Shown here piece after piece: positions 51,047 to 64,000 of a stretch of DNA of 64,000 nt. The DNA is from an uncultured Collinsella sp. Lineage in GTDB: Bacteria > Actinomycetota > Coriobacteriia > Coriobacteriales > Coriobacteriaceae. A program made the translations under genes and the position numbers. The notes under the pieces are model-generated. The model was not told where the DNA came from. It ran no database searches and was given only the letters and a program-made list of their open reading frames with translations. Position 1 is the stretch's first letter. Every line of letters starts with the position of its first letter. The stretch spans positions 6,223 through 70,222 of the forward strand of contig CANRSF010000009.1 of NCBI GenBank assembly GCA_947642445.1, given 5' to 3'.

Positions 51047-51499
51047 ATGAGCATCAATCGAGTGAACATCACCGGTAACCTCACGCGCGATCCCGAGCTG
51101 CGCGCCACCGCCGGCGGAACTCAGGTTCTGTCCTTTGGCGTCGCCGTGAACGATCGTCGCCGCAACGCGCAGACTGGCGAGTGGGAGGACTATCCCAACT
51201 TTGTCGACTGCACTATGTTCGGCACCCGCGCCGAGGCCGTGAGCCGTTTCCTGGCAAAGGGAAACAAGGTCGCGATCGAGGGCAAGCTGCGCTACAGCTC
51301 TTGGGAGCGCGACGGCCAGCGCCGGAGCAAGCTTGAGGTCATCGTCGATGAGATCGAGTTTATGAGCTCCCGTGGTGGCCAGGGTGGCTACGACCAGGGC
51401 GGTTACGCCCCCGCAGCTCCCGCGCCCGCAGCACGTCCTGCCGCACCGGTGGCTACGCCGCCCGCGGTCGACGTCTACGATGAGGACATCCCGTTCTAA
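51047..51499 (+). CDS. ssb: Single-stranded DNA-binding protein
   Basis: N.V.I.GNLTRDPELR, KG..V.IEG.L, C-terminal DEDIPF. Confidence 0.98.
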   Translation: MSINRVNITGNLTRDPELRATAGGTQVLSFGVAVNDRRRNAQTGEWEDYPNFVDCTMFGTRAEAVSRFLAKGNKVAIEGKLRYSSWERDGQRRSKLEVIVDEIEFMSSRGGQGGYDQGGYAPAAPAPAARPAAPVATPPAVDVYDEDIPF

Positions 51500-51571
51500 G
51501 GGTTGTTCACCTATTTTTGAGTGAGAGGCGGCTTCGGTTCGCCGAAGTTGCCAAACGAAAGGTATTTTGAC

Positions 51572-51838
51572 ATGGCTAATGATTTTTCTGCACGTCAGCC
51601 GCGTCGTAAGTACTGCCAGTTCTGCAAGGAGAACACTGAGTTCATCGACTATAAGGACACTCAGCTTCTCCGTAAGTACATGACCGACCGTGGCAAGATT
51701 AAGCCCCGTCGCGTCACTGGCGCTTGCACGCAGCATCAGCATGACATCGCCAACGCCATCAAGCGCGCCCGCGAGATGGCTCTCCTGCCGTACACCGTCC
51801 CCGTGGTTTCCTCTCGTGGCAACCGCGACCGCGGCTAA
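51572..51838 (+). CDS. rpsR: 30S ribosomal protein S18 (Zn-binding type)
   Basis: [16 protein letters not shown]....GKI.PRR.TG.C..HQ. Confidence 0.97.
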   Translation: MANDFSARQPRRKYCQFCKENTEFIDYKDTQLLRKYMTDRGKIKPRRVTGACTQHQHDIANAIKRAREMALLPYTVPVVSSRGNRDRG

Positions 51839-51853
51839 GAAGGGAGACGCATC

Positions 51854-52393
51854 ATGAAGGTTATTCTTCTCGATGAGATCAAGGGCAAGGGCGGCGAGGG
51901 TGACGTCGTAGAGGTCGCTCAGGGTTACGCTGAGAACTTCCTGTTCCCCAAGAAGCTCGCTGTTGCCGCCACCAAGGGCAACCTCAAGCAGCTTGACGAG
52001 CGTCGCAACAACATCGCCAAGCGCGAGGCCGTCCGTCTGGCTACCGCCAACGAGACCAAGGCTGCCTTCGAGGGCAAGACGGTCACCGTTGACGTCAAGG
52101 TCGGCGACGAGGGCATCCTCTTTGGCTCCGTTACCGCCGCTATGATCGCTGACGCCATCAAGGCTCAGCTCGGTATGGACATCGATCGCAAGCGCGTCGA
52201 GCTCGGTAAGCCCATCAAGGTTGCCGGTGCCCACACCGTTGCCATCTCGCTGTACCGCGAGATCAAGGCCGAGGTTGTCGTTCTCGTCGGCGTTACCGCC
52301 GAGGAGCTCGCTGCCGAGGCTGAGGTCGAGGAGGCCGCTGAGGTCGCCGAGGCCGAGACCGCCGAGGTCGAGACTGAGGCTGCTGCCGAGTAG
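51854..52393 (+). CDS. rplI: 50S ribosomal protein L9 with acidic tail
   Basis: MKVILL...G.G..GDVVEV..GYA.NFL.P, LFGSVT. Confidence 0.97.
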   Translation: MKVILLDEIKGKGGEGDVVEVAQGYAENFLFPKKLAVAATKGNLKQLDERRNNIAKREAVRLATANETKAAFEGKTVTVDVKVGDEGILFGSVTAAMIADAIKAQLGMDIDRKRVELGKPIKVAGAHTVAISLYREIKAEVVVLVGVTAEELAAEAEVEEAAEVAEAETAEVETEAAAE

Positions 52394-52421
52394 CATTTGC
52401 TGCAACGCAACAATCTTGTTC

Positions 52422-52465
52422 TAAGAAGGGCGCTCTGGGAAACCAGGGCGCCCTTTTGTTTTTTG
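52422..52465 (+). terminator. Terminator after rplI
   Basis: AAGGGCGCTCTGG-gaaa-CCAGGGCGCCCTT followed by T runs. Confidence 0.8.
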
Positions 52466-52617
52466 CGCTGAGTGAGTGTCATGGTGAACGTTGCGTCGAA
52501 GTCCTATATACAGGACCGTTCATCCGTTTGGTTCGGTGATGATTGGCGGCGCGCGGCGCGTTTTGGGACCGTGGCTGATACTATGGATGCTCGCAAGCGA
52601 TATGAATGAGGATGCTC

Positions 52618-54009
52618 ATGGCATATGACGATAGGGAGACCGGGCTGACGGTTGAGGACCGCGGCTCCAAGTTGGGTCTTCCCCAAAACCAAGATGCAGA
52701 GGCCAATGTACTGGCCGCTATGCTGCTATCGCCCGAGGTGGTCGAAGAGGCCCAGGTCGAGCTGCAGCCCGATGACTTCTACCGGCCCATTCATAAGACC
52801 ATCTATACCGCGATGGTCGATATGTACAACAGCCGCATTCCCATCGACTCCATCTCGCTGATCGATTACCTGCGAAGCATCAACAAGCTTGATGCCGTGG
52901 GCGGCGAGGCCTACATTTTGGAGTTGATGGGTCAGACCCTGTCGCTCGTCAACTGGCAGCACCATGCCGCTATCGTTCGCCGCGATTCGATGCTGCGTGA
53001 GCTGATCGGCGCCACCAACGAGATCAACGCGCTGGCCTATAACGCTCCCACCGATACCAAAGAGGTCGTGGAGCTGGCCGAGAGCAAGTTGCTCAAGGTC
53101 ACGGCGCGCGAGGTCAAGTCGAGCTACAAGACGCTGACCGAGTTTATGGTCGAGGCCTATAACGAGGCCGAGGAAGTGTGCCAGGCAGGCGGCCAGGCTG
53201 CGGGCGTGCCCACGGGCTTCCCGTCGCTCGACCGCATGCTCATGGGTTTTCGCGAGGGCCAGCTCATCATCATCGGCGCCCGCCCTGCTGTGGGTAAGAC
53301 GTCGTTCGCCCTGAATCTGGCGCTCAACGCTGCCGCGGCCGGTTATACCGTCGGCTTCTTCTCGCTGGAGATGTCGGGCAAGGAAATTGCCCAGCGTCTG
53401 ATTTGCGCCTACGCCATGATTTCGATCAGTGACTTCCGCATGGGCCGCATTAGCCCCGAGCAGTGGGCCAATATCAACGAGGCCACGCAGACCTTGTCCA
53501 AGCTCGATATTCTGATTGACGATACGCCCGGCACCACAGTGACCGAGATTCGCGCCAAGAGCCGCCGCATGCTCCACAACAAGGAGAAGGCCATCATCAT
53601 CCTGGACTACCTGCAGCTGGTGAGTCCTCCGCCGGGACGCCGCTCCGAGAGCCGTACCGTCGAGGTCTCCGAGATGTCGCGTGGTCTGAAGATCATGGCC
53701 AAGGAACTCAAGATCCCGCTCATCGCGCTGTCGCAGCTCTCGCGTCAGGTCGAATCCCGTACCGGCAAGCGCCCGCAGCTTTCCGACCTTCGTGAATCGG
53801 GCTCCATCGAGCAGGACGCCGATATCGTTATGTTCTTGGACCGCTCCGCCGACGAGGCCGAAGCCTCGCGCGACGATCGACCCGACGAGGGCGTTACGCG
53901 TATCGTCGTGGCCAAGAACCGTTCGGGCCCGATCGGCGACGTCGACCTGATGTTCCTGCCGGCATCCACCAAGTTCTATGAGCTTGATGGGGCACATGCC
54001 GAGGAGTAG
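52618..54009 (+). CDS. dnaB: Replicative DNA helicase
   Basis: P.N..AE..VL, ARPAVGKT, FSLEM, DYLQL, SQLSR.VE.R..KRP.LSDLRESGSIEQDAD. Confidence 0.97.
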   Translation: MAYDDRETGLTVEDRGSKLGLPQNQDAEANVLAAMLLSPEVVEEAQVELQPDDFYRPIHKTIYTAMVDMYNSRIPIDSISLIDYLRSINKLDAVGGEAYILELMGQTLSLVNWQHHAAIVRRDSMLRELIGATNEINALAYNAPTDTKEVVELAESKLLKVTAREVKSSYKTLTEFMVEAYNEAEEVCQAGGQAAGVPTGFPSLDRMLMGFREGQLIIIGARPAVGKTSFALNLALNAAAAGYTVGFFSLEMSGKEIAQRLICAYAMISISDFRMGRISPEQWANINEATQTLSKLDILIDDTPGTTVTEIRAKSRRMLHNKEKAIIILDYLQLVSPPPGRRSESRTVEVSEMSRGLKIMAKELKIPLIALSQLSRQVESRTGKRPQLSDLRESGSIEQDADIVMFLDRSADEAEASRDDRPDEGVTRIVVAKNRSGPIGDVDLMFLPASTKFYELDGAHAEE

Positions 54010-54093
54010 GACAGGCGCCCGTTGCACGGGTATACTGGGAATGTTTTGTGCTTCTGCGTGCCGGCGTGGCGCGTAGACAGTCCATGAATGTAA

Positions 54094-55389
<1,296 letters not shown>

Positions 55390-55507
55390 TCGGGACTATT
55401 TGGTTATTGCGATATACCCCTTTGCAGCCCAAGCGGGCGGCCGAGGGGTATATTTGCTTGCAAAGGGCTCGCGCGGAGCGGGCCATTCATCCATAGAGGA
55501 GGCACCC

Positions 55508-56812
55508 TTGAAGGCGGACACTCAAACCATCGACATCCTGTTGTTGGGCAGCGGCGGCCGTGAGCATGCTTTGGCAGCTAAGCTCGCAGCATCACCGCGC
55601 GCCGGCAAGCTCTACATCGCGCCGGGCAACGGCGGCACCGCGAGCTGCGGCGAGAACGTTGTTCTCGACGACTGCGATCCTGCGGCCGTGGCGGCGTTTG
55701 CGCAGAGCCACGGATGCGGACTCGTGGTAATTGGCCCCGAGGCTCCGCTCGTGGCGGGTGTGGCCGACGCCGTGCGCGCGGCGGGTATTCTCTGCTTTGG
55801 CCCGGGTGCCGAGGGCGCCCAGATGGAGGGCTCCAAGCTGTTCTCCAAGCAGCTCATGGAGCGCGCGGGCATTCCGACGGCAGCCTACGGCTCGTTTACC
55901 GACGAGGCTTCGGCTCTCGCCTACGTGCGCGAGCAGGGCGCCCCGCTGGTCGTCAAGGCCGACGGCCTTGCCGCGGGCAAGGGCGTCATCGTGGCGATCG
56001 AACTTGAGCAGGCCGAGGAGGCCGTGCGCGAGTGCTTTGGCGGCACCTTTGGCGATGCCGGCAATACCGTGGTTATCGAGGAGATGCTGACCGGCCCCGA
56101 GTGCTCGCTTTTGGCCTTTACCGACGGCAAGACCGTGCGCCCCATGGCCACCTCGCAGGACCACAAGCGCGCGCTCGAGGGCGACAAGGGTCCCAACACC
56201 GGCGGCATGGGCGTCTACAGCCCGGTGCCCATCGTGACCGACGAGGAGCACGCCACCATGGTGGCGGTCATGGAGCAGACCGTTGCCGAGCTTGCTGCCG
56301 AGGGCATCGACTACCGCGGCTGCCTGTATGGCGGCTTTATGCTCACCCCCGCCGGCCCCAAGGTGCTGGAGTTCAACGCCCGCTTTGGCGACCCCGAGAC
56401 GCAGGTCGTGCTCCCGCGCCTTAAGAACGACCTGGTCGAGGTCATGCTGGCCTGCGCCAACTGCGAGCTCGATCAGATTGAGCTCGACTGGCGTGACGAG
56501 TGGGCCGTGGCCGTTGTCCTGACGAGTGCGGGTTATCCCGGCAGCTACGAGAAGGGCAAGGTCATCACCGGTATTGCCGATGCCGAGGCCATGGAGAACG
56601 TGACCGTGTACCACGCGGGCACTGCCGTGGTGGACGGCCAGCTCGTGACCAATGGTGGCCGCGTGCTTGCCGTGACCGCTCTGGGCGACACGTTCGAGAA
56701 CGCTCGCAACCTTGCCTACGAGGCCTGCGAGAAGATTGATTTTGAGGGTAAGACCCTGCGCCACGACATCGGCCTGCGTGCGCTGCGCGGCCGCGACGCC
56801 TGGGATGCCTAA
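55508..56812 (+). CDS. purD: Phosphoribosylamine--glycine ligase
   Basis: [50 protein letters not shown]; TTG start after GAGGAGG. Confidence 0.97.
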   Translation: MKADTQTIDILLLGSGGREHALAAKLAASPRAGKLYIAPGNGGTASCGENVVLDDCDPAAVAAFAQSHGCGLVVIGPEAPLVAGVADAVRAAGILCFGPGAEGAQMEGSKLFSKQLMERAGIPTAAYGSFTDEASALAYVREQGAPLVVKADGLAAGKGVIVAIELEQAEEAVRECFGGTFGDAGNTVVIEEMLTGPECSLLAFTDGKTVRPMATSQDHKRALEGDKGPNTGGMGVYSPVPIVTDEEHATMVAVMEQTVAELAAEGIDYRGCLYGGFMLTPAGPKVLEFNARFGDPETQVVLPRLKNDLVEVMLACANCELDQIELDWRDEWAVAVVLTSAGYPGSYEKGKVITGIADAEAMENVTVYHAGTAVVDGQLVTNGGRVLAVTALGDTFENARNLAYEACEKIDFEGKTLRHDIGLRALRGRDAWDA

Positions 56813-56833
56813 AATCCGAGAGGAATGAGACGG

Positions 56834-57529
56834 ATGGACGAGAAGAACGAAGAGCTCGTGGACGCACAGATCGTCGAGGAGGACAGCCGCATGTATGGGC
56901 ACGCCGAGGGCGAACCTGGTGGCGAGGTCGCTGACGAGCCGGCGCTGGTGCTGGGCGACGACGACCCGCACGATGCCGAGCTGCACGAGAAGATTCTTTC
57001 GGAGGAGTGCGCCTGGAAGGGCAAGATCCTCGACGTCCACCGTCTTGAGGTTGAGCTGCCTAACGGTCGCCGCAGCGCCCGCGATATCGTTCGCCATCCG
57101 GGTGCGGCGGCCGTTGTGGCGCTGACCGAGAGCGGCAAGATTGTGCTGGTGCGTCAGTACCGCACCGCCATCGACCGTGTGACGGTCGAGATTCCCGCCG
57201 GCAAGCTCGATCCAGGCGAGGACCCGCTCGATTGCGCCAAACGCGAGCTGCATGAGGAGACGGGCTTTAGGGCTGGTCGCATTCGCTTTTTGACGTCGAT
57301 TGTCACGTCCTGTGGTTTTTGCGACGAGATCATTCACATCTACTTGGCTACCAAGCTGGAGTTTGATGCGCCCAACCCCGATGATGACGAGTTTGTCAAC
57401 GTGGACCTGGTGCCACTGCACGAGTTGATCGACGCCGTACTCGACGGCAAGATCGAAGACGCCAAGACCGTCGTGGGCGCCTTGGCCTGCGATAGCATCG
57501 CGCATCGCCTTGGGGGCGCGGAGCTCTAG
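56834..57529 (+). CDS. Nudix hydrolase (ADP-ribose pyrophosphatase-like)
   Basis: Nudix box GKLDPGEDPLDCAKRELHEETG; HPGA, VRQYR, DAKT. Confidence 0.92.
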   Translation: MDEKNEELVDAQIVEEDSRMYGHAEGEPGGEVADEPALVLGDDDPHDAELHEKILSEECAWKGKILDVHRLEVELPNGRRSARDIVRHPGAAAVVALTESGKIVLVRQYRTAIDRVTVEIPAGKLDPGEDPLDCAKRELHEETGFRAGRIRFLTSIVTSCGFCDEIIHIYLATKLEFDAPNPDDDEFVNVDLVPLHELIDAVLDGKIEDAKTVVGALACDSIAHRLGGAEL

Positions 57530-57570
57530 GTTACGCGGTTTTACCAAACCGCGTAACGAGTCGACGCTGC

Positions 57571-57668
57571 AAACGCCCCTAAGCGGCAATCTGCCTTTCA
57601 ATCGTCGCTCGCGTACCGAAGTACGCGTCGCTCCTCTTTCAAGGCACCTTGCTCGCTTAGGGACGTTT
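57571..57668. repeat. 98-bp imperfect palindrome (REP/MITE-like)
   Basis: Arms pair with repeated TC/TC mismatches around GCGTAC-cgaa-GTACGC; related to 39246-39350. Confidence 0.75.
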
Positions 57669-57776
57669 TCGCTGACGCTGCCAGAACATCGGCGTTATGC
57701 TTGTTGGGACGCTTTGTTTTCAGCCTGACCGGTTCAACCGGATTTCTCACGCTATTTATTTCTCTTCGAGGATTGC

Positions 57777-59549
57777 ATGTTTAAAAGGTTTCTCTCGTAT
57801 TACGAGCCCCAGATGGGGCTTTTTGTTGCCGATACTGTTTGCGCTCTGGTGCTTGCTGCCATTGACCTTGCGTTTCCTATTATTCTGCGCAATCTGACCG
57901 GCGGGTTGTTTACCCAGGGTCAGGCTGCCATTATGCAGGCGCTCGGCATGATTGCGGTGGGCTTGGTGCTGATGTATGCCGTCCGCTGTGCCTGCCGCTA
58001 TTTTGTGAGCTATTGGGGTCACGTGATGGGCGCGCGTATGGAGTCCAAGATGCGCGAGGACCTGTTTGACCAGTATGAGCGCTTTAGCTTTGCGTACTTT
58101 GACCGCAACAGCTCGGGCGACATGATGAGCCGCGTGGTCAACGACCTGTTCGATATCTGCGAGGCGGCGCACCACGTGCCCGAGTGGATCATCATCTGCG
58201 GCATCGAGATTATCGGCTCGTTTGTGATCCTCTTTACCATCGCCCCGGTGCTGGCGCTCGCCATGGCCGTGGTGACGGCGGCGTTTGCGGTCATCATGTT
58301 TTGGCAGAACATGCGCATGCGCGAGGTCTTTAGCGACAACCGCAAAAAGATCAGCGGCATCAATGCGCAGCTGCAGGATTCGCTGGCGGGCATGCGCGTG
58401 GTCAAGAGTTTTGCCAATGAGGAGACCGAACGCTTCAAGTTCCGCGCCTCCAACAATCGCTATCTTTCGTCCAAGGAGAACATGTATCACGCCATGGGCG
58501 TCTATACCGCGACGTATGGCCTGCTCTCGGGTGTGCTCTATGTGATCGTGGTGCTGCTGGGCGGCTGGCTGGTCGCCCAGGGACAGCTGCAGGCGGTCGA
58601 TATGGCGACCTTTGCACTCTATATTTCGCTGTTCTGCACGCCGCTCGAGACACTCGTCAATTCGGCCGAAACGTATCAGAAGGCCATCGCCGGCTTTAAG
58701 CGCATGGACGAGGTGCTCTCGACCGCGCCGGATATCCAGGACAAGCCGGGCGCTACGGATCTGCAGGTGACTGCCGGCGCCGTGGAGTATCACGACGTGT
58801 GCTTTAACTACGAGGACGTTGAGCTGGGCGAGGGCGATGCCGAAGAGCGTCCCGTTATCGACCATATGAATCTGTCCATCAAGCCCGGGCAGACCATCGC
58901 TTTGGTTGGCCCTTCGGGCGGCGGCAAGTCCACGACCTGTTCGCTGCTGCCGCGCTTTTATGACGTGGCTGCCGGATCCATTAGCATCGACGGCCAGGAC
59001 GTGCGTGATGTGACGCAGCAGAGCCTGCGGCGCGCCATCGGCCTGGTGCAGCAGGATGTCTATCTGTTTGACGGCACGATTGGCGAGAACATCGCCTACG
59101 GCAAGCCGGGCGCTACGGCAGGAGAGATCGCCGAGGCCGCCCGTCGCGCCAACATCGATGCCTTTATCGAGTCGCTTCCACAGGGTTATGACACGGTCGT
59201 GGGCGAGCGTGGCAGCCGTCTTTCGGGCGGACAGAAGCAACGCGTTGCCATTGCGCGCGTGTTTCTCAAGAACCCCAAGATCCTGATTTTGGACGAGGCG
59301 ACGAGTGCTTTGGATAACGAGAGCGAGGAGGCGGTGCAGGAGTCACTCGAGGAGCTGGCACGCGGCCGTACCACAATCATCATCGCCCACCGTCTTTCGA
59401 CCATTAAGCACGCCGATGAGATTGCGACCGTTGAGCATGGTCGCGTTGTGGAGCGTGGCACGCACGAGGAGCTTCTCGCCCGTGGCGGCACTTATGCCCG
59501 TTACTATCGAATGCAGTTCGAAGGTGCGCGTGCGCACGAGCTCGACTGA
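57777..59549 (+). CDS. ABC exporter, fused TMD + NBD (MsbA/Atm1-like)
   Basis: Six-TM N half; GPSGGGKST, LSGGQKQR, LDEATSALD, IAHRLST. Confidence 0.95.
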   Translation: MFKRFLSYYEPQMGLFVADTVCALVLAAIDLAFPIILRNLTGGLFTQGQAAIMQALGMIAVGLVLMYAVRCACRYFVSYWGHVMGARMESKMREDLFDQYERFSFAYFDRNSSGDMMSRVVNDLFDICEAAHHVPEWIIICGIEIIGSFVILFTIAPVLALAMAVVTAAFAVIMFWQNMRMREVFSDNRKKISGINAQLQDSLAGMRVVKSFANEETERFKFRASNNRYLSSKENMYHAMGVYTATYGLLSGVLYVIVVLLGGWLVAQGQLQAVDMATFALYISLFCTPLETLVNSAETYQKAIAGFKRMDEVLSTAPDIQDKPGATDLQVTAGAVEYHDVCFNYEDVELGEGDAEERPVIDHMNLSIKPGQTIALVGPSGGGKSTTCSLLPRFYDVAAGSISIDGQDVRDVTQQSLRRAIGLVQQDVYLFDGTIGENIAYGKPGATAGEIAEAARRANIDAFIESLPQGYDTVVGERGSRLSGGQKQRVAIARVFLKNPKILILDEATSALDNESEEAVQESLEELARGRTTIIIAHRLSTIKHADEIATVEHGRVVERGTHEELLARGGTYARYYRMQFEGARAHELD

Positions 59550-59568
59550 TTGATATGACAGGAAGTTT

Positions 59569-60534
59569 ATGGCTGACAAGAACCCTTTGACTCCGGAAGA
59601 AGTGACGGAGTTATTCTCCGAAATCGATGCATCCGGCGTCTTGGATCCTACGCTCGCCAAAAAGCGAACCGAGCGCATGCGTGAGAAGGAGGCTGCGGCC
59701 AAGCGCGGTGACAAAGCGGCGCTAGCGCAGCTGCGCAGCGAGGACCGCGCGAGCCAGGCAAAACATATCGACCCGCTGTCCGAGGACGATCCTTCGGGCT
59801 CGCAGGTGAGCCATACCATTACGAAGACCGCGATGGCCGTGGTCATCGGTATTCTGGTGCTGATCGTGGGCATGCAGATCGGCTACGGCGTGATGCGCCG
59901 TCTGAATACCGCCAACCTGTCCGAGAGCGTTTCGGTGGATACCGTCTCGACCGCGCTCAAGGGTGGACTCGAATGGGGCAACGGCTTTACGCAGTTCCCG
60001 CTCGATTTTTCTGTCGACGAGGCCGATGAGCGCACGGGCACGGTTGAGGTGACGGTGTTGGACACGTCGTCTGCCAATGAGCTCGAGCTGCTGTCCAACG
60101 GGCAGATCCAGGCCGCGGCGCTTGCGACCAACGCCCTGCTCAACGACAAAATTGACCGCGTGGTGTATAACGTTCACGCCTATATCGACGAGGATAGCAA
60201 CATTCAGCACGATTCCTTTTTTGGCATGTTTCCCGCGCGGGGTCATCAGAGCGCCATTTTGACGTTCGTGTGGACCAAGAGCTCATCCAACGCCACGAGT
60301 ATCGACTGGAAGATGCGTATCGTAAGCATGGACGACACCATTGCCGAGCGCATTCAAAAACAGGTGAACTCGGTTTCGTCGCTGATCGAGGACCCGGTGG
60401 TGAGCCAGACCAAGATTGACGAGGAAAAGGCCGAACGTGACCTGGAACATCGTCTGCATGGTCGCGAGATTTTCCGCGGCGGCAAGCCCGACCGAACGCC
60501 GTCCGATCTGCTGGAACAGGACAAGAAAAAGTAA
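59569..60534 (+). CDS. Hypothetical single-pass membrane protein
   Basis: 321 aa, one TM (AVVIGILVLIVGM), no recognised motif. Confidence 0.75.
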   Translation: MADKNPLTPEEVTELFSEIDASGVLDPTLAKKRTERMREKEAAAKRGDKAALAQLRSEDRASQAKHIDPLSEDDPSGSQVSHTITKTAMAVVIGILVLIVGMQIGYGVMRRLNTANLSESVSVDTVSTALKGGLEWGNGFTQFPLDFSVDEADERTGTVEVTVLDTSSANELELLSNGQIQAAALATNALLNDKIDRVVYNVHAYIDEDSNIQHDSFFGMFPARGHQSAILTFVWTKSSSNATSIDWKMRIVSMDDTIAERIQKQVNSVSSLIEDPVVSQTKIDEEKAERDLEHRLHGREIFRGGKPDRTPSDLLEQDKKK

Positions 60535-60540
60535 GACGCC

Positions 60541-60581
60541 ATCATCCCGCGTGAGCCACAAGCCCCGCGGGATGATTTTTT
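60541..60581 (+). terminator. Terminator upstream of the carA promoter region
   Basis: ATCATCCCGCG...CGCGGGATGAT followed by a T run. Confidence 0.75.
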
Positions 60582-60704
60582 AATCCTCGTCCCAGAAAAA
60601 TTATTATGCATAGAAAGTCATAATTATCATTTCGTAAACATTTCGATGAAATTAACGCCATGAGGCATGCTTGCGGTTACAATACCGCGAGGCCTAACTA
60701 CACA

Positions 60705-60737
60705 CCTTTAAGCCGGTCCTGTGAGACCGGGAAGGAG
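60705..60737 (+). promoter_or_regulatory. PyrR-binding RNA loop overlapping the carA Shine-Dalgarno
   Basis: CCTTTAAG-cc-GGTCCTGTGAGACC-gg-GAAGG matches the PyrR operator pattern; AAGGAG is also the RBS for ATG 60742. Confidence 0.8.
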
Positions 60738-60741
60738 AATT

Positions 60742-62172
60742 ATGGCGAACAACCATACCGCGGGCGCTGCCGCCCGCACCATCGCGCCCAGCGAGTTGTG
60801 CCAGCGTATGCTGGCAAAAACCAGCAAGCGCACCTGCGGTCCCTGCATCCTGTATCTTGAGGATGGGACCATTTTTTATGGCCGTGCATGTGGTGCCGAG
60901 GGTACCGCAACCGGCGAGGTCTGCTTCAACACCTCGCTTGAGGGCTACTTTGAGGTCATGACCGACCCGAGCTATGCCGGCCAAATCGTAACCATGACCT
61001 ATCCGCAGATCGGCAACTACGGTATCGACGAGACCGATGTCCAGTCGGCCTTCCCCGGCGGCGCCGTGCGCCCTGCGAGCGCTCCGGCCATGCGTGGCAT
61101 GATCGTTCGCGACATGTGCGCCACGCCTTCTAACTGGCGCTCGGCCGTCAGCGTGCCGGAGTACCTGCGCGCTCACGGCATCGTCGCTATCGAGGGCGTC
61201 GACACCCGCGCTCTGGTGCGCCATCTGCGCGACAATGGTTCCAAGATGGGCATTATCTCGACCGAGATCTTCGACGTCGACGAGCTTGCCGAGCGCTTGT
61301 CCGCTGCGCCCACGCTGGTAGGCGAGAACCTGGTCAAGACCGTAAGTTGCCCCGCGCCTCACGAGTTTGTGGCCGCCGACCTGCCTGCCACGCATGACTT
61401 TGCGCTTGCGGCTGCCGCTCCTGCCCGTCACAAAGTGGTCGCCTACGACTGCGGTGTGAAGCGCGGTATTCTGGAGGGCCTGGTCCGTGCCGGCTGCGAT
61501 CTCACCGTCGTGCCGTGGGGTACGCCCGCCCAGCAGGTACTCGACATGAATCCCGATGGCGTCTTTTTGTCCAACGGCCCCGGCGACCCCGATGCCGTGG
61601 TGGAGACCTATGAGCAGGTACAGCAGCTGATCGGCAAGGTGCCGGTCTTTGGCATTTGCCTCGGTCACCAGATGATCAGCCTGGCCTGCGGCGCCCAAAT
61701 GGAAAAGCTTAAGTTCGGTCACCGCGGTGGCAACCAGCCGGTCATGAACCTGGTAAGCCGTCGCGTGGAGATTACCGCACAAAACCATGGCTTTGGCCTG
61801 CTGTTCCCCAGCTTGGGCAAGCTTGTCCCCGAACTTTCCGGCGGCGAGACCGAGCATGCGGTCGATGGAGATCTGCGCGTTTGGGTGCGCCGCGGAATCG
61901 CGCCGGTCGTGATGAACGAGCGCTTCGGCCGCATTCGCCTGACGCATGTGAACCTTAACGACGGCACCGCCGAGGGCATCCAGCTGCTCGAAGCCCCGTG
62001 CTTCTCGGTCCAGTACCACCCCGAGGCCTCGCCTGGCCCCACCGATGCCCACTATCTCTTTACCGCCTTTACGCGACTCATGGACGGCGAGGAGAACTAC
62101 CTGGACATCGACACCGCGAAGGACCGCCTGGCTGGCTGGAATTTCGCCGAGACTGAGACCGAGGAGAACTAA
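60742..62172 (+). CDS. carA: Carbamoyl-phosphate synthase small subunit
   Basis: GEV.FNT...[36 protein letters not shown]. Confidence 0.97.
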   Translation: MANNHTAGAAARTIAPSELCQRMLAKTSKRTCGPCILYLEDGTIFYGRACGAEGTATGEVCFNTSLEGYFEVMTDPSYAGQIVTMTYPQIGNYGIDETDVQSAFPGGAVRPASAPAMRGMIVRDMCATPSNWRSAVSVPEYLRAHGIVAIEGVDTRALVRHLRDNGSKMGIISTEIFDVDELAERLSAAPTLVGENLVKTVSCPAPHEFVAADLPATHDFALAAAAPARHKVVAYDCGVKRGILEGLVRAGCDLTVVPWGTPAQQVLDMNPDGVFLSNGPGDPDAVVETYEQVQQLIGKVPVFGICLGHQMISLACGAQMEKLKFGHRGGNQPVMNLVSRRVEITAQNHGFGLLFPSLGKLVPELSGGETEHAVDGDLRVWVRRGIAPVVMNERFGRIRLTHVNLNDGTAEGIQLLEAPCFSVQYHPEASPGPTDAHYLFTAFTRLMDGEENYLDIDTAKDRLAGWNFAETETEEN

Positions 62173-62173
62173 C

Positions 62174-64000
<1,827 letters not shown>

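Overview
High-GC bacterial chromosome window centred on the replication origin. Gene content and style suggest Actinomycetota, class Coriobacteriia, probably Collinsella-like (inference). The core is the conserved origin block parB-parA-rsmG-jag-yidC-yidD-rnpA-rpmH / dnaA-dnaN-recF-dciA-gyrB-gyrA, with parS sites and an oriC carrying DnaA-trios. To the right lie tRNA-Ile/Ala/Ile, typA, two tRNA-Ser, rpsF-ssb-rpsR-rplI-dnaB, purA-purD, a Nudix hydrolase, an ABC exporter and PyrR-controlled carAB (carB runs off the end). The left arm has a response regulator, an SBP plus diguanylate cyclase pair, two sortase-anchored surface proteins, purB, tRNA-Gly, an M28-like pseudo-peptidase, a WYL/WYL pair, an exonuclease-DinG fusion, ddl and rlmN. 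The most unusual signals are: (1) a three-hairpin element built from tRNA 3'-end/T-arm copies, found downstream of both tRNA-Gly(CCC) and tRNA-Ser(CGA), and forming an exact 131-bp-period array at the Gly locus; (2) a GHKL-ATPase / Gln-rich linker / winged-HTH gene between rpmH and dnaA; (3) a nuclease-fold gene flanked by 65-bp self-palindromic inverted repeats; (4) a non-canonical origin repeat (AGTTTTCAACAGGT x3) alongside altered DnaA domain IV residues; (5) a G9 tract in a -35/-10 spacer of a surface-protein gene that is itself bracketed by duplicated terminators. No database searches were run; family names come from motifs read in the translations.
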